A DNA stretch of 64,000 bases from Antedon mediterranea (GCF_964355755.1 NC_092679.1:15607432-15671431), one strand, 5' to 3'; positions 46,401-59,604 are shown, counted from the stretch's first letter. Notes: a model not told the origin generated them from the letters alone. A program made the numbers and translations.

Positions 46401-49400
46401 CACATATTAAATTAATTATGCTCGAACACTTCAATTAAAATCCATCCAACAAATTCTAAACACATGAAGACTCATCTGTGTTGGTAAATTGTGTTGAGAT
46501 CAAAAGTTTAATTGTAAATACACATAAATAAAGTACAATATCCTGAACCTGAATTGCCCGACAATTCAAGATTCACATGTGGCCTAAGAGAAAAATCCTT
46601 AAAATAACAACTATATCTAAGTGAATAGCAATTAAAGGGAAATTCATAAATATCTACAGTATTTACTTAAATGAAATACCAGGCCAAAATAAATGCGTAG
46701 CTTGTCCCACATAGAATCAGTATATATCCTGAGCGGAAACTACCAATCCGCTCTGCATTGTGTGTAAATGGTTACAAGGAATAACTTAGATTCTATATTT
46801 TTATTACCGTTACTGCTCATCTGTAAATTGGGCTTAAAGCAAAAAAATCTTGTAAGTGTAATTGGTGAATACTGTCACAACAATACAACTACCCTGTTAA
46901 ATTTACTTTCTTTGTATAAATGTACTCACTGTAATTGGTTCCCTATGAGGTGCGTTGATTGGTAGACGCAAGGTGGCTTGATAGCCAGGTGGGATACCTG
47001 ACCTCACCTGGACTACCTTACATTGGGGTGTCAGGTGAGTAAAGCTATCTCCAGGTAACTTGGCACAATACCTAAGATAATACATTATTATTATTATTAT
47101 ACATTTATAATTAGTCAAAGACGGTAGTTACAACTTTAACATTTTAATGGACTAACTTGACCAGCATGAGATATTCTAAGCAAACCAGTACTTATATAAT
47201 TTATGAATGGTAAAGATGAGGAAATCTGCGAGAGTGAGAAAAGCTTAAACAACTGTGATGCAAACCCAGAATCTTCTGTTTGATATGAAGACATCCAACC
47301 ATTAGACCACTAGGGCTTTTTATGGTATGATTCAAATCCAATATGGATAGCAACTCTTTTACACTATTGGCGTAGTACAGAAGTACAGAACTACTTCTCG
47401 ATTGTACACACGCACAACATAAATAAAATTGATACATCCCCCAATAATAATAATAATAAGATTAGGGAAAAATAAGAAATCAGTAAAGATGCGAACTTTG
47501 AAATAGAAAATGGTTTTATTACCTGTTTACTAATGGTATTGCAGATGTCATTGACACACGTGGGGCACCTTCTTCTTTGTGAGGCATATAAGGTGGTAGT
47601 AATTGGTCTGTAATATGTGCATCCAAAAGTTCTTCAGAATGTGGTTCTCGATTGTGGCACCGTCTTTGCAGTATCTATAAGACAATGTATTGATGTCAGA
47701 TGTCGTGCTTCAAATCTTTTAACTGCATGAGGCATATTAGATTACATTGCAAGACACAGATGGTAGGCGTTAAGGCCAATTTACACAGACGAGCGGTAAC
47801 GGTAAGCGGTAAAGTTGAGCGGAAAACGCAAAAATAGAATCTATGTTATTTCTTATGACCATTTACACAGAACGCGGAGCGGACGAGCGGAAATCTGCTC
47901 AGGATCGAAACAGATTCGATTTTGTGAAAATACCACGCGGTAATTATAGATTCTGGCCAACCAACGACATGATTGAAATGACGTCATCTATCAACAACTT
48001 TTTTTTGCGTCCGTCGAGTGAAAGACGACAATAAATACGAGTGCCGTAGTAGGCCTAGCCTAGTTTGCAACTTCTTTTTATTTAGAAATACAAACACCTA
48101 GGACGTGACTAATGTTCGTATAAGGATAGTGAAAAGAAAATACACATTTTAGTACGTTATTAGGCAACAATTCCCTCTAAAACTTAGGCCTGTGTGTGCT
48201 AGGCCTACTGACAGTCAGTCACATCCAGGCCAGCAGTGACTGTAACATGCATTAGCCTCGAGGCCTACACGCACCTACTTTCCACCACTCCGTTCGCGAA
48301 CTCCGCGCGCTGTGTAAATGGGAAAAGCCACACGGTTTTTCGCTTACAATTACCGCTTACCGTTACCGCTCGTCTGTGTAAATTAGCCTTTAAAGGAAGA
48401 TTAGGACTTTAGAACCGAGATAATTTGTCCTTTGACAACTGCAAATTTAGATATGGACGAAACTTAAGATAGTCAGACCATGTTTAATGCACACTTGACA
48501 ACATCTGTACAGTATATATGCATTTCTTTACTAGGCTTTTAATGGAATGGCTTCAATCTAAATTTCTATTTTACAACAATTTGACTTGAAATTAATTATA
48601 CGATTCTCAGTACTGTATTTTTACATACTAATATTTGCCCAGTATCATAGGAATATTTGGTAATACAGCATGTCAGTTGTATCACATGTGGTGCCTGTAT
48701 CATGTAAGATTAGGTTAAGGGTTAGGTTATGGTATGTATGTGAAACACATGTGATGTATACCAAATATTCCTTATACAATACTAAGATTCGGGTGATTTG
48801 ATAAACTAGTTTCTGCCTCAGCTACCTTGTCAATTTCTCTAAACTGATGAAGCATCTCCTGGAAGTCCTCGCTTTCTGAATCATTGGTTAGCATAATGTA
48901 ATACGAGGTTGCTGCCCTCGCTCGTCCTTTTGACTGAGTGTATGAACGATAGTGTTGAGGTAGATCAAACCGTACAACTACATTACAACGTGGGACGTCA
49001 ACACCTGTAACAAAATTAAAATGATAACATGACTTTAGAATTGTGTTGGCAGAGTTGATTGATTGTAAAGTGTATAATGTGTAACAGGATCTCTAACAAC
49101 CAAATCTCTGCCAGATACAAGTACAGTATCATGTCTAGCCACAATAAACAGTCTACAGTATCATGTCATCTCCTACAGCAACCTTTATCACATATGGGAT
49201 AGTGTATAGCATCTCCCGACATTATACTGTACTGTATGTTCCTTTTAGTCAGTACTGTATGAGGTTAGGTGTAAGTTAATATAGGTGCGTTGGTTGGGCC
49301 TGTTGCCATCAACAGACATCATACTGCAGACGGTTTTTATTTTATTCAACTATTATGTGACATTAAATCAATTTCAAAAGATTTTTTCACAGGGATAATT

Positions 49401-52239
49401 ATTTTAAATTTTAAAGAGAAAATTATCACTTTAGAATGATGAGGAAAATGAATTGAAGAAAGGGTCAATGTACCTTCTTCGATGACACTGGTTGCAAACA
49501 GTAGATTGGTCTCATGACGTCTAAATCTTCGTAAAATCTCTTCCTGTTTTTTAGATTGGGATTCAGTTTGAACGCTACGGTTTGCCAAGGTAGCGCGCCC
49601 TTGACCCGTTATGTAATCGCTTTTTACATGTTGTAAGGTGGGATCTAATTTCTGAAAGTGTCTTAATAACTTGTTTAACACTGCAGCTGTATAACGCTTT
49701 TCAACGAACACAACCCCGCAAAGATCACCCTCAACAAATGAGGGCGCCATTGGCGGCTCATAATCCTCATCAGCGCTATCTTCATCTTGATCATCAATAA
49801 CCATTGAATTTGCAAGCCCATTAACATGTTCTTTGTGCGAGTCACAAGAAGATGGTCCATTAACCTCCATGTGTTCAGTTGGACGGAACTCTCTTAGTAC
49901 TTCCAATAGTCGAACCACTTTATGTGGGACATATTCTAAACTTGTTTGGTCCTTTTTATTTATTTTTTGATCACAGATTGCCTTAACCCATCTCAAAGTT
50001 GTAAGAGCTAACTGCAGAAAAACGCGATGCATTTCCATATACTCATGTTTCTCTAATTTTTCGAGCTCATTCACAAGCATCGGTACAACTATCTTAACGC
50101 CTAATGGACCAATCGTATTGAGCGTACTGAAGCACTCGGATAATGCTTGTTTGGGTTGTAATCTTGGATCTCGATCATCAGTTTCTCCAGCATAGTCAGA
50201 AATAAAATGTAATGCCTGTGTAAGGATGTTACTGATGTCTTTGAACAAACCGCTTTCATCTTTGTAATCGCCACAATGTATGATGTACTCCTTTGGTCTG
50301 GTTCCATAACGACTCATTCCTGCAACATCGTTCGCCGTCTCAGCTGTACTCCGCAGAGTCAACTCAAGGTCACACAACCTGTCTTCAAGTTGCTCTGGCA
50401 CACACTTTCCATTCAGGATGGCCGCAGTGAGTCCCATCACTCTCGGGTAATCAGTTTTAGGGCATGTATCGAAAAAACGCATGACCTCTCGGTAGGGGTG
50501 ATTCTTGGTGGCATGGTGGCATTCATCAAAGACTATCAGGTTGACCTTTGACAGACCCATGAACCCATGCTGGAGGATGTCTTTAAATATCTGGCAGGTC
50601 ATAACAAGGACTTGATACTTTTCAAATTCTTCTAACCATTTGTCTTTCTGCCACAGATCTACATTCATCGCACCAATATATTTTCCCACCTCTAGGTTGG
50701 TGTGCTTTCGTATGACCTCAGCTTGCTGGTTCACCAATGGAACTGTGAAATAGAAACAAAAAACAAATAATTTCAAAACATCAGTACATTTTACTAGATA
50801 AAGAAATAATAAATTATACTGTATTCACCTGACTAATAAATTTAAAATTTCTAATGATACAGTATTGTATTTTCCAATTGATAAGATGATAGCAAAGGTT
50901 AGGCGAGTCACTGAGTAAAGGCACTAAACACAGGACAGTGATTGAGTGCCCAAGCGGTTAAGAAAAAGTAATCCATAGCCATAATATCGGCAAGGGTTCA
51001 AGGTTCATGCACACCATGGTTATGGAGACTCCTCGGATAAGGACTATAAACCATAGGCTCAATGTACATACAATATTTGTGTGCACTTAAAAGAACCTAG
51101 TACATCTTTTGTGATGAGTAGGGCATTACTCTCTTGTGTTAGTTCAAACACAGCTCCTGCCATGGATAGAGGAGAGAGCACTGTTGTTAGCTGCACTGAC
51201 ATGACATGACACAAAATGGAGAAGCATGTAGTCATCTAAGTCCACGTATGTAAGAAATCATTCATTAAGGTAAAGCGCTTTTGAACATGTTTATTCATAA
51301 AAGGGCGCTATATACAGTAAATGTGGAATTAGAGCAGCCATAATGGGGACAAACATACACACTTCTAATCTTTGCTTAGGTTGCTGTAGCCCAACAACTC
51401 TACATAGATTGTAACTTTACATACCTGTATTAACCAGGAACAATGTACGCTTACCGCCCACATTATACGGTTTGCGTATCTGATGAGCTAATTCTTTTAT
51501 TAGCATAACAGCAATGAACGTTTTACCAGTCCCGGTCTGAAGACACACAATGGTGTTCTGTTTGAGGGCAGCCTCCAAAAGTTCCACCTGACAAAATTTA
51601 AAATATACAATAAAGAAATTAAATCGAGTTGTTTAATGGTGATAAGTGATCTCAGTCCTAATTATGAGAAGTACCCATGCTTTCTAAACATTTGCTCTAT
51701 TCTAAAGATAATCTTATGTCTGTGAGTAAAGGGTCTTTCACATCTGTTCCGACACGGTTCTGGTCTGGTGCTTGCAAATCAAGTGCCAATGTTTTGTTTT
51801 CACAACACTCCACGTGGCAATGCACCAATCAATATGCACATAACGAAAACGAAACATTGATGTTCGATTTGACGGCGCAGGAAAAGTCTGCATTATGCAT
51901 ACTTTAACAGTAACACTTGATTCACTCAATTTATTGGGCATGTAACATTTTACAAGGTGAACCAATATTACAAATCTACTTAATTTATAAAATACTGACG
52001 AGGTAAGAATTACCGGAGCCTGGTGGTGGCAACTGGTTACGTTACTAGTATACACTAGCCCAGTAGGCTCAAGGGAAGAAAAGTTGGCTAGCCCTGAATG
52101 TTAGGCTAGTACTAGTATTGAGCTCTGATTTTACCTGATAAGTCCTTGGGGTAAATGTTGTATCTCCAACATTGGTATCCTTTGGATTGCGGCAAATGTT
52201 TGGTGATTCATTTTTAGCCAAGGGTATCACTGGTTCCAT
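40452..52239 (-). CDS. DICER1: Endoribonuclease Dicer (helicase, DUF283, platform/PAZ, RNase IIIa, RNase IIIb, dsRBD; 14 coding exons, ~1696 aa)
   Basis: Exons 52239-52135, 51587-51425, 50742-49474, 49004-48826, 47674-47523, 47071-46930, 46373-46298, 45940-45795, 45409-45230, 45084-43061, 42826-42571, 42365-42203, 41814-41739, 40611-40452 (5091 nt, in frame). Motifs: [101 protein letters not shown]. Confidence 0.97.
47773..48389. mobile_element. PIF/Harbinger-type MITE (617 bp) with TTA TSD; fragments at ~26495-26652 and ~46695-46835
   Basis: TTA|AGGCCAATTTACACAGACGAGCGGTAACGGTAAGCGGTAA ... TTACCGCTTACCGTTACCGCTCGTCTGTGTAAATTAGCCT|TTA. Confidence 0.9.
48651..48770. mobile_element. Small MITE with TTAGGG-like core
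   Basis: GGAATATTTGGTA / TACCAAATATTCC termini, inner TCACATGTG / CACATGTGA, central TTAGGTTAAGGGTTAGGTT. Confidence 0.55.
50940..51323 (+). mobile_element. tRNA-derived SINE
   Basis: Degenerate A box (GTGCCCAAGCGGTTAAG) and B-box-like GGTTCAAG. Body GGATAAGGACTATAAACC...CACTTAAAAGAACC. LINE-type tail GTAAAGCGCTTTTGA...GGCGCTATATA(CAGTA)AATG. Confidence 0.65.
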
Positions 52240-53009
52240 TTTTGGCTTCTTGTTTTTAACTAAATAAAAAAAAAGGAATTTTTATTTATAATTTTTAAAA
52301 ACTAAAATAAACATCACTGCTTTTTTGGCAAAACAAATAAATTACTACCAGAAATATATCCCAATTTTGAGTATTGAACAATTGTTTTGAGCATGTGTTA
52401 ATATTTAGCAACCATTTATTTTTCACACTCTACAATACAGAATTTATAGTACTGATTCCTTCTACCTGTGTAGTGTATAGGCAGAGGCAAACCACAAGCC
52501 ACTCCCATCCCCTACAGCAGATGCTGTGGCAAACCGAACTAAACAATTCAAGGTATAGTGGAATGGATACAAATAAACTACTTCTTCTGATGTACTTAAT
52601 TTATAAATGTATAGATGACGAGAAGATACACTAGAAGCAAAGCTTGTGTATTTATTTCTTTTTCCACACAATACCTATCTATCGAGGTAAAGTTACACAC
52701 ATGCAGATATACATATAATATACATGTTAATTTAACCTATTTAACCAAATAGAGTACCATTCATTTATTATACTACAACTCTGAACTTTTAAAAAAAAGC
52801 TTGCCTCAAGGGCTCTATGTACCAGTTATGCTACTGCAGTTAGAAGACAATTACTGCTTTAGAAATACACCGACCTACAAATAACGTATACGTACTGGTA
52901 TATCTATAGTAACTCTAATTTGCTATAACCCTCCAACAAGATGACCATAGTTAAAAATCTAACTTAATTTATTGATTTAATGTAAAATTTGTTGCTCCAT
53001 GATACTCAC

Positions 53010-53260
53010 CAAACCATTCCGTGTAGTTTGAAAACAGTGCCCGTTTCATATTAACAATATTTGTTAATTTATAAATGTTTTATAAACTGTGTACTATACC
53101 TATTCACATCAATGAAAACTCAATCGATGCTACCAACTGATTGAATGTAAATAATTGTACGGACTACTACATTACTACTAGCACTAGCAGGAAAGGAACC
53201 TGTTTTGATTATCATACAGATTGCGCAAGGTTTCCGCTGGAAATTCCCATTCGATGTCAT
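53010..53260 (-). promoter_or_regulatory. Putative Dicer non-coding exon/promoter with a C/EBP palindrome and a kappaB-type site
   Basis: Minus-strand donor G|GTGAGT near 53009. The Dicer ATG exon has an upstream acceptor near 52260. TTGCGCAA at 53221-53228 and GGGAATTTCC (minus) at 53239-53248. Confidence 0.45.
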
Positions 53261-53596
53261 CAATTAATTTGACCTTTTACATTTACTTTTATCCTATCTT
53301 GTAATCTGTGGTTTTTTCTTTATTTTTTGATTAGCAATTAAATGAAATTTCCATTTTAATTGTATCATCCTTTTAAAGTCATATAGCGAGATCTGGAAAA
53401 TCCCAGATATTAATAAAAATAAAAAAAGTTGGAATATTGCCAATATTTTTGATAGAAAAAACAATATAAAATGTATTATCTTTTAATTATTATATTCAGT
53501 TACAGTAAAATTAGTTAGTATTAATTTATCATTTATCAATTCATTAATCCAAAAAATTCCTGTTTCTTATACAGAATAACAAATACATTACTACAT

Positions 53597-53703
53597 GTCT
53601 CAATGGAGATACAAAAAAAAAAGCGAAAAGCTAAATCAAAACGATAAAGTAAAACAGCCAGAAAAGTTAGCTGAGCTTTCGGGCAACACTAGCCCTTCAT
53701 CAG
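53597..53703 (-). mobile_element. Penelope-type pLTR fragment with a hammerhead core
   Basis: Minus strand reads CTGATGA-A-GGGC-TAGTGTT-GCCC-GAAA-GC-TC. About 107 bp are nearly identical to 59313-59419 in the opposite orientation. The 5' strand of stem I is truncated. Confidence 0.7.
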
Positions 53704-55551
53704 TTTATATTTATATATATATATATTTTTGTTTCCTTTGTTCGTGAGCTATGGAGAATTAATTTTTTTTTCCGAAATAAAAGATGAATGAATGAATTAA
53801 TACAGACCCTTACAGTTCAAAGTATGTGTAAAATTATTAAACTTAAACTGGAGAAAAATTTTTGAATATAGAAAAAAAAGACAATCACCAGTAAACTAAA
53901 ATATCTCAACTCACCAACTCCTGAATATCTTGCCCTTTGTATGATACAGTATTATTGTTATTAACAAAATATTCTAATAAAACTGACCGTTTTTAAAACA
54001 AACATTGGTAATTGGCTAATGCGCAATAAATTTCATACATCTTACGCAAGTTCGTGATGAATAATCAAATTTACATAATATTGCATATCATTAGCCTTCC
54101 AGTTTGGAAAATCCCAGAATGACGAAGTTTAAATTACTGGATAAATGCCAATTACTTTCTCCAAAAAAAATTCATACCTGTACAAATTGGTAACAGATTG
54201 TCCGAAAAAAAATTGTTTAAAAACAAAAAGTTCAAATGCATCTTTAAAAAAATGTTTGTAGGATTCTAGAAATGCACAAATTTTTTTTTTAAGTTGCGAG
54301 AAAATTTTACTAATTAAATTGATGGGCAGTAGGAATGACTTAGAGTTCTTAACCGACAGAAAAAAAATTACAGAAAAAACTAAATTTTCTGAAGTAGACA
54401 AAATGACAATGATTATCAAAAGGTAAATCATTGCTGAACAAGACATTTCAGAATTACAAAACTTAAAAATAATTAATTAATGCAGAAAAAAAAATTGGAT
54501 TAAAAATTTCAAAATATAAATTAAAACAAGTATGAAAACAATTAATTACTGGATGACAAACAGCATAGAAATAAATAAATAATTCAACAATATTTGCAAA
54601 TGTGTATTCTAATATATGAACGATTTATTCTGGAAATTCCTGAATTCATATTGACTATATATAGAAATGTCAATCAATGAAATGTTAGGTCATGTGAACT
54701 TGAACACCTGTAATCTATATGCAAATATAAAAAAAATGCAATATAATAGAATAATTTTATATTTTTATGCAAAATGTATGTTTAAACCCTATTATTAAAG
54801 AACCTGATTCATGTTTTATTATAGTTGTAACATTAGGCCTGGCTAGGAAGGCCTGTTTATGGCCTGATACTACTAGCTAGGCCCTCCTACATTCATAATC
54901 ATACAGCTTCATCAGACAGGTGACTGAAAAATCATCTCTTTTAATTTTTCTAGCCTCTACTCTCTGGTACTGGTAAAAATAAAATTACTTTAGTTAAAAT
55001 ACCTATTTATGACATATGTGAACTGTTGAACACATCTTGAGCGTGTAGAAATTCAACAATAAACGTGCCTAGTTAGAGATGCTAGGCCTAGTAGGTAGGC
55101 CTCGTGAGTCGTTCAAATACGTCTGTTGGCATGGTGTGTGTAAGCAGCCAGGTTGAGCCGCAAGACGAAAAATGAAATGCGAGTGGGGAAAGTCCCACAT
55201 TCAGGCTCCAGGTATATAAAATATACCAAATTGGCTAGTTGAGAATTCTCAACTATTACCACAGTACGCCTGTAACGACGAAGCCTACCGGTATAATGGG
55301 ATAGGCTGATTTCCTTGTTAACTTAAGGGGTCATTTAATTACTGAATTATGATTGGTAGTAAAGGAAATTTACTGGAATCCTATTGGATGGTAAGGTGGT
55401 AGTAGGACCATGTCCATCCCATTGCAGTAATAAAGTTGAGCCACCTGCGACCATTACAATGTCCTACCATGCTAATGTAGGAGTGGGGAAATGTTATGCT
55501 TACTACTGTTTCTTTTAATAATTTAGTACAATTAATAAGAATAAAGAATAC

Positions 55552-58340
55552 ACTTAACAATATACAACAAATAACATTAATGTACGATGTAGTTTAACAC
55601 TGTTCTCAACTATAGTCATTTTGGTATACTTGAGCACATTGATAAAGAATAGGATAAACTTAACAATATACAACAAATAACATTAATGTACGATCCCGTT
55701 TAACACTGTTCTCAACTATAGTCATTTTGGTATACTTGAGCACAGTGATAAAGAATAGGATAAACTTACAAATATACAACAACAATGTACGATCCCGTTT
55801 AACACTGTTCTCAACTATAGTCATTTTGGTATACTTGAGCACAGTGATAAAGAATAGGATAAACTTAACAATATACAACAAAAAACATTAATGTACGATC
55901 CAGTTTAACACTGTTCTCAACTATAGTCATTTTGGTATACTTGAGAACAGTTATAAAAAATAGGATAAACTTAACAATATACAACAAAAAACATTAATGT
56001 ACGATCCCGTTTAACACTGTTCTCAACTATAGTCAATTTGGTATACTTGAGCACAGTGATAAAGAATAGGATAAACTTAATAATATACAACAAATAACAT
56101 TAATGTATGATCCAGTTTACAACTGTTCTCAACTATAGTCATTTTGGTATACTTGAGCACAGTGATAAAGAATAGGATAAACTTAAAAATATACAACAAA
56201 AAACATTAATGTACGATCCAGTTTAACACTGTTCTCAACTATAGTCATTTTGGTATACTTGAGCACAGTGATAAAGAATAGGATAAACTTAAAAATATAC
56301 AACAAAAAACATTAATGTACGATCCAGTTTAACACTGTTCTCAACTATAGTTATTTTGGTATACTTGAGAACAGTGATAAAGAATAGGATAAACTTAATA
56401 ATATACAACAAATAACATTAATGTACGATCCAGTTTACCACTGTTCTCAACTATAGTCATTTTGGTATACTTGAGCACAGTGATAAAGAATAGGATAAAC
56501 TTAAAAATATACAACAAAAAACATTAATGTACGATCCAGTTTAACACTGTTCTCAACTATAGTCATTTTGGTATACTTGAGCACAGTGATAAAGAATAGG
56601 ATAAACTTAAAAATATACAAACAAAAAACATTAATGTACGATCCAGTTTAACACTGTTCTCAACTATAGTTATTTTGGTATACTTGAGAACAGTGATAAA
56701 GAATAGGATAAACTTAACAATATACAACAAAAAACATTAATGTACGATCCAGTTTAACTCTGTTCTCAACTATAGTCATTTTGGTATACTTGAGAACAGT
56801 TATAAAGAATAGGATAAACTTAACAATATACAACAAAAAACATTAATGTACGATCCCGTTTAACAATGTTCTCAACTATAGTCATTTTGGTATACTTGAG
56901 CACAGTGATAAAGAATAGGATAAACTTAACAATATACAACAAAAAACATTAATGTACGATCCAGTTTAACACTGTTCTCAACTATAGTCATTTTGGTATA
57001 CTTGAGAACAGTTATAAAGAATAGGATAAACTTAACAATATACAACAAAAAACATTAATGTACGATCCCGTTTAACACTGTTCTCAACTATAGTCATTTT
57101 GGTATACTTGAGCACAGTGATAAAGAATAGGATAAACTTAACAATATACAACAACAATGTACGATCCCGTTTAACACTGATCTCAACTATAGTCATTTTG
57201 GTATACTTGAGCACAGTGATAAAGAATAGGATAAACTTAATAATATACAACAAATAACATTAATGTACGATCCAGTTTACCACTGTTCTCAACTATAGTC
57301 ATTTTGGTATACTTGAGCACAGTGATAAAGAATAGGATAAACTTAAAAATATACAACAAAAAACATTAATGTACGATCCAGTTTAACACTGTTCTCAACT
57401 ATAGTCATTTTGGTATACTTGAGCACAGTGATAAAGAATAGGATAAACTTAAAAATATACAACAAAAAACATTAATGTACGATCCAGTTTAACACTGTTC
57501 TCAACTATAGTTATTTTGGTATACTTGAGAACAGTGATAAAGAATAGGATAAACTTAACAATATACAACAAAAAACATTAATGTACGATCCAGTTTAACT
57601 CTGTTCTCAACTATAGTCATTTTGGTATACTTGAGAACAGTGATAAAGAATAGGATAAACTTAACAATATACAACAAAAAACATTAATGTACGATCCAGT
57701 TTAACACTGTTCTCAACTATAGTTATTTTGGTATACTTGAGAACAGTGATAAAGAATAGGATAAACTTAACAATATACAACAAAAAACATTAATGTACGA
57801 TCCAGTTTAACTCTGTTCTCAACTATAGTCATTTTGGTATACTTGAGAACAGTGATAAAGAATAGGATAAACTTAACAATATACAACAAAAAACGTACAT
57901 TAATGTACGATCCCGTTTAACACTGTTCTCGACTATAGTCATTTTGGTATACTTGAGCACAGTGATAAAGAATAGGATAAACTTAACAATATACAACAAA
58001 AAACATTAATGTACGATCCCGTTTAACACTGTTCTCAACTATAGTCATTTTGGTATACTTGAGCACAGTGATAAAGAATAGGATAAACTTAATAATATAC
58101 AACAAATAACATTAATGTACGATCCAGTTTACCACTGTTCTCAACTATAGTCATTTTGGTATACTTGAGCACAGTGATAAAGAATAGGATAAACTTAACA
58201 ATATACAACAAAAAACATTAATGTACGATCCCGTTTACCACTGTTCTCAACTATAGTCATTTTGGTATACTTGAGCACAATATACAACAAATAACATTAA
58301 TGTACACGATTCTGTTTAACACTGTTCTCAACTAGTCATT
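55552..58340 (+). repeat. 106-bp satellite, ~26 tandem copies (left arm)
   Basis: Unit AACAATATACAACAAAAAACATTAATGTACGATCCAGTTTAACACTGTTCTCAACTATAGTCATTTTGGTATACTTGAGCACAGTGATAAAGAATAGGATAAACTT. Confidence 0.97.
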
Positions 58341-58374
58341 TTCATATACTTGAGCACAGTGATAATATGAAAAA

Positions 58375-59290
58375 CATAATAACACTATAATATTTGTAGA
58401 TGAATGACGCGGACACGTACATATGTTCATAAGTAATTGATATAAATTGACTTTTAAAAGTGGAATTAACACAAATGATTGTAGATAAATATGACGTGAA
58501 TTGCACGTACATAATGTTGATGAGTAGTATATTTATATAAATCGACTTTGAAAAGTGAAATAACACTAATATTTGTAGATGAATATGACGTGGACACGTA
58601 CATATATTGATTAGTATATTGATATAAATCGACTTTTAAAAGTCAAATTAACACTAATATTTGTAGATGAATATGACTTGGACACGATTTACATGTTGAT
58701 GAATATATTGATATAAATCGACTTTTTAAAATGAAATAACACTAATATTTGTAGATGAATATGACGTGGACACGTACGGTACATAATGTTGATGAGTATA
58801 TTGATATAAATCGATTTTTAAAAGTGAAATAACACTATTGATTGTAGATGAATATGACGTGGACAAGTACATTTATTGATGAGTATATTGATATAAATCG
58901 ACTTTTAAAAGTGAAATAACACTATTAGTTGTACACTATTGATCATATATGAATATGACGTGAATTGCACGTAGGCCTACATATGTTGATGAGTAGGCCT
59001 ATATTGATATAATTGACTTCGAAAAGTGAAATAACACTGATTTGTAAATGAATATGACGTGGACAAGTACATTTATTGATGAGTATATTGATAAATCGAC
59101 TTTTAAAAATGAAATAACACTAATATTTATAGATGAATATGACGTGGACACGTACATATGTTGATGAGTATATGATATAAATCGACTTTTAAAAGAGGAA
59201 TTAACACTATTGATTGTAGACGTGAATTGCACGTACATATGTTGATGAGTGTATTGATATAAATCGACTAAACGTTAAATAACACTATCT
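58375..59290. repeat. ~88-bp tandem repeat, ~10 diverged copies (central spacer); degenerate continuation at 59460-59600
   Basis: Unit AACACTAATATTTGTAGATGAATATGACGTGGACACGTACATATGTTGATGAGTATATTGATATAAATCGACTTTTAAAAGTGAAAT. Confidence 0.92.
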
Positions 59291-59309
59291 TGTACAAGTA
59301 CCCTCACTT

Positions 59310-59346
59310 GCACTGATGAAGGGCTAGTGTTGCCCGAAAACTCTGC
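59310..59346 (+). ncRNA. Minimal type I hammerhead ribozyme motif in a Penelope-type fragment (~59295-59440)
   Basis: GCA-CTGATGA-A-GGGC-TAGTGTT-GCCC-GAAA-AC-TC-TGC: canonical core, stem I GCA/TGC, 4-bp stem II. The stem III palindrome is mutated (AACT instead of AGCT). Confidence 0.65.
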
Positions 59347-59604
59347 TAACTTTTCTGGCTGTTTTACTTTATCATTTTGATTTAGCTTTTCGCTTCTTTT
59401 TTTGTATCTCCATTGAGACCACAGCATTGTTATTATTTCAGTATTTTGCCTTTAATATTAAAAGTGAAATAAAACTAATGACTGTAGATGATATGACATT
59501 TATGTTGATGTATATAGTTTTGTATATATAATATAGATTTTTAAAAGTACGGTAATAGACACTTTATTTGTAGATGAATACGACATGGACAAGTTGCAAT
59601 AAAT

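Noticed and set aside
44198-50551. Plus-strand ORFs opposite Dicer exons
   Set aside because: Antisense shadows of long coding exons with no recognisable motifs.
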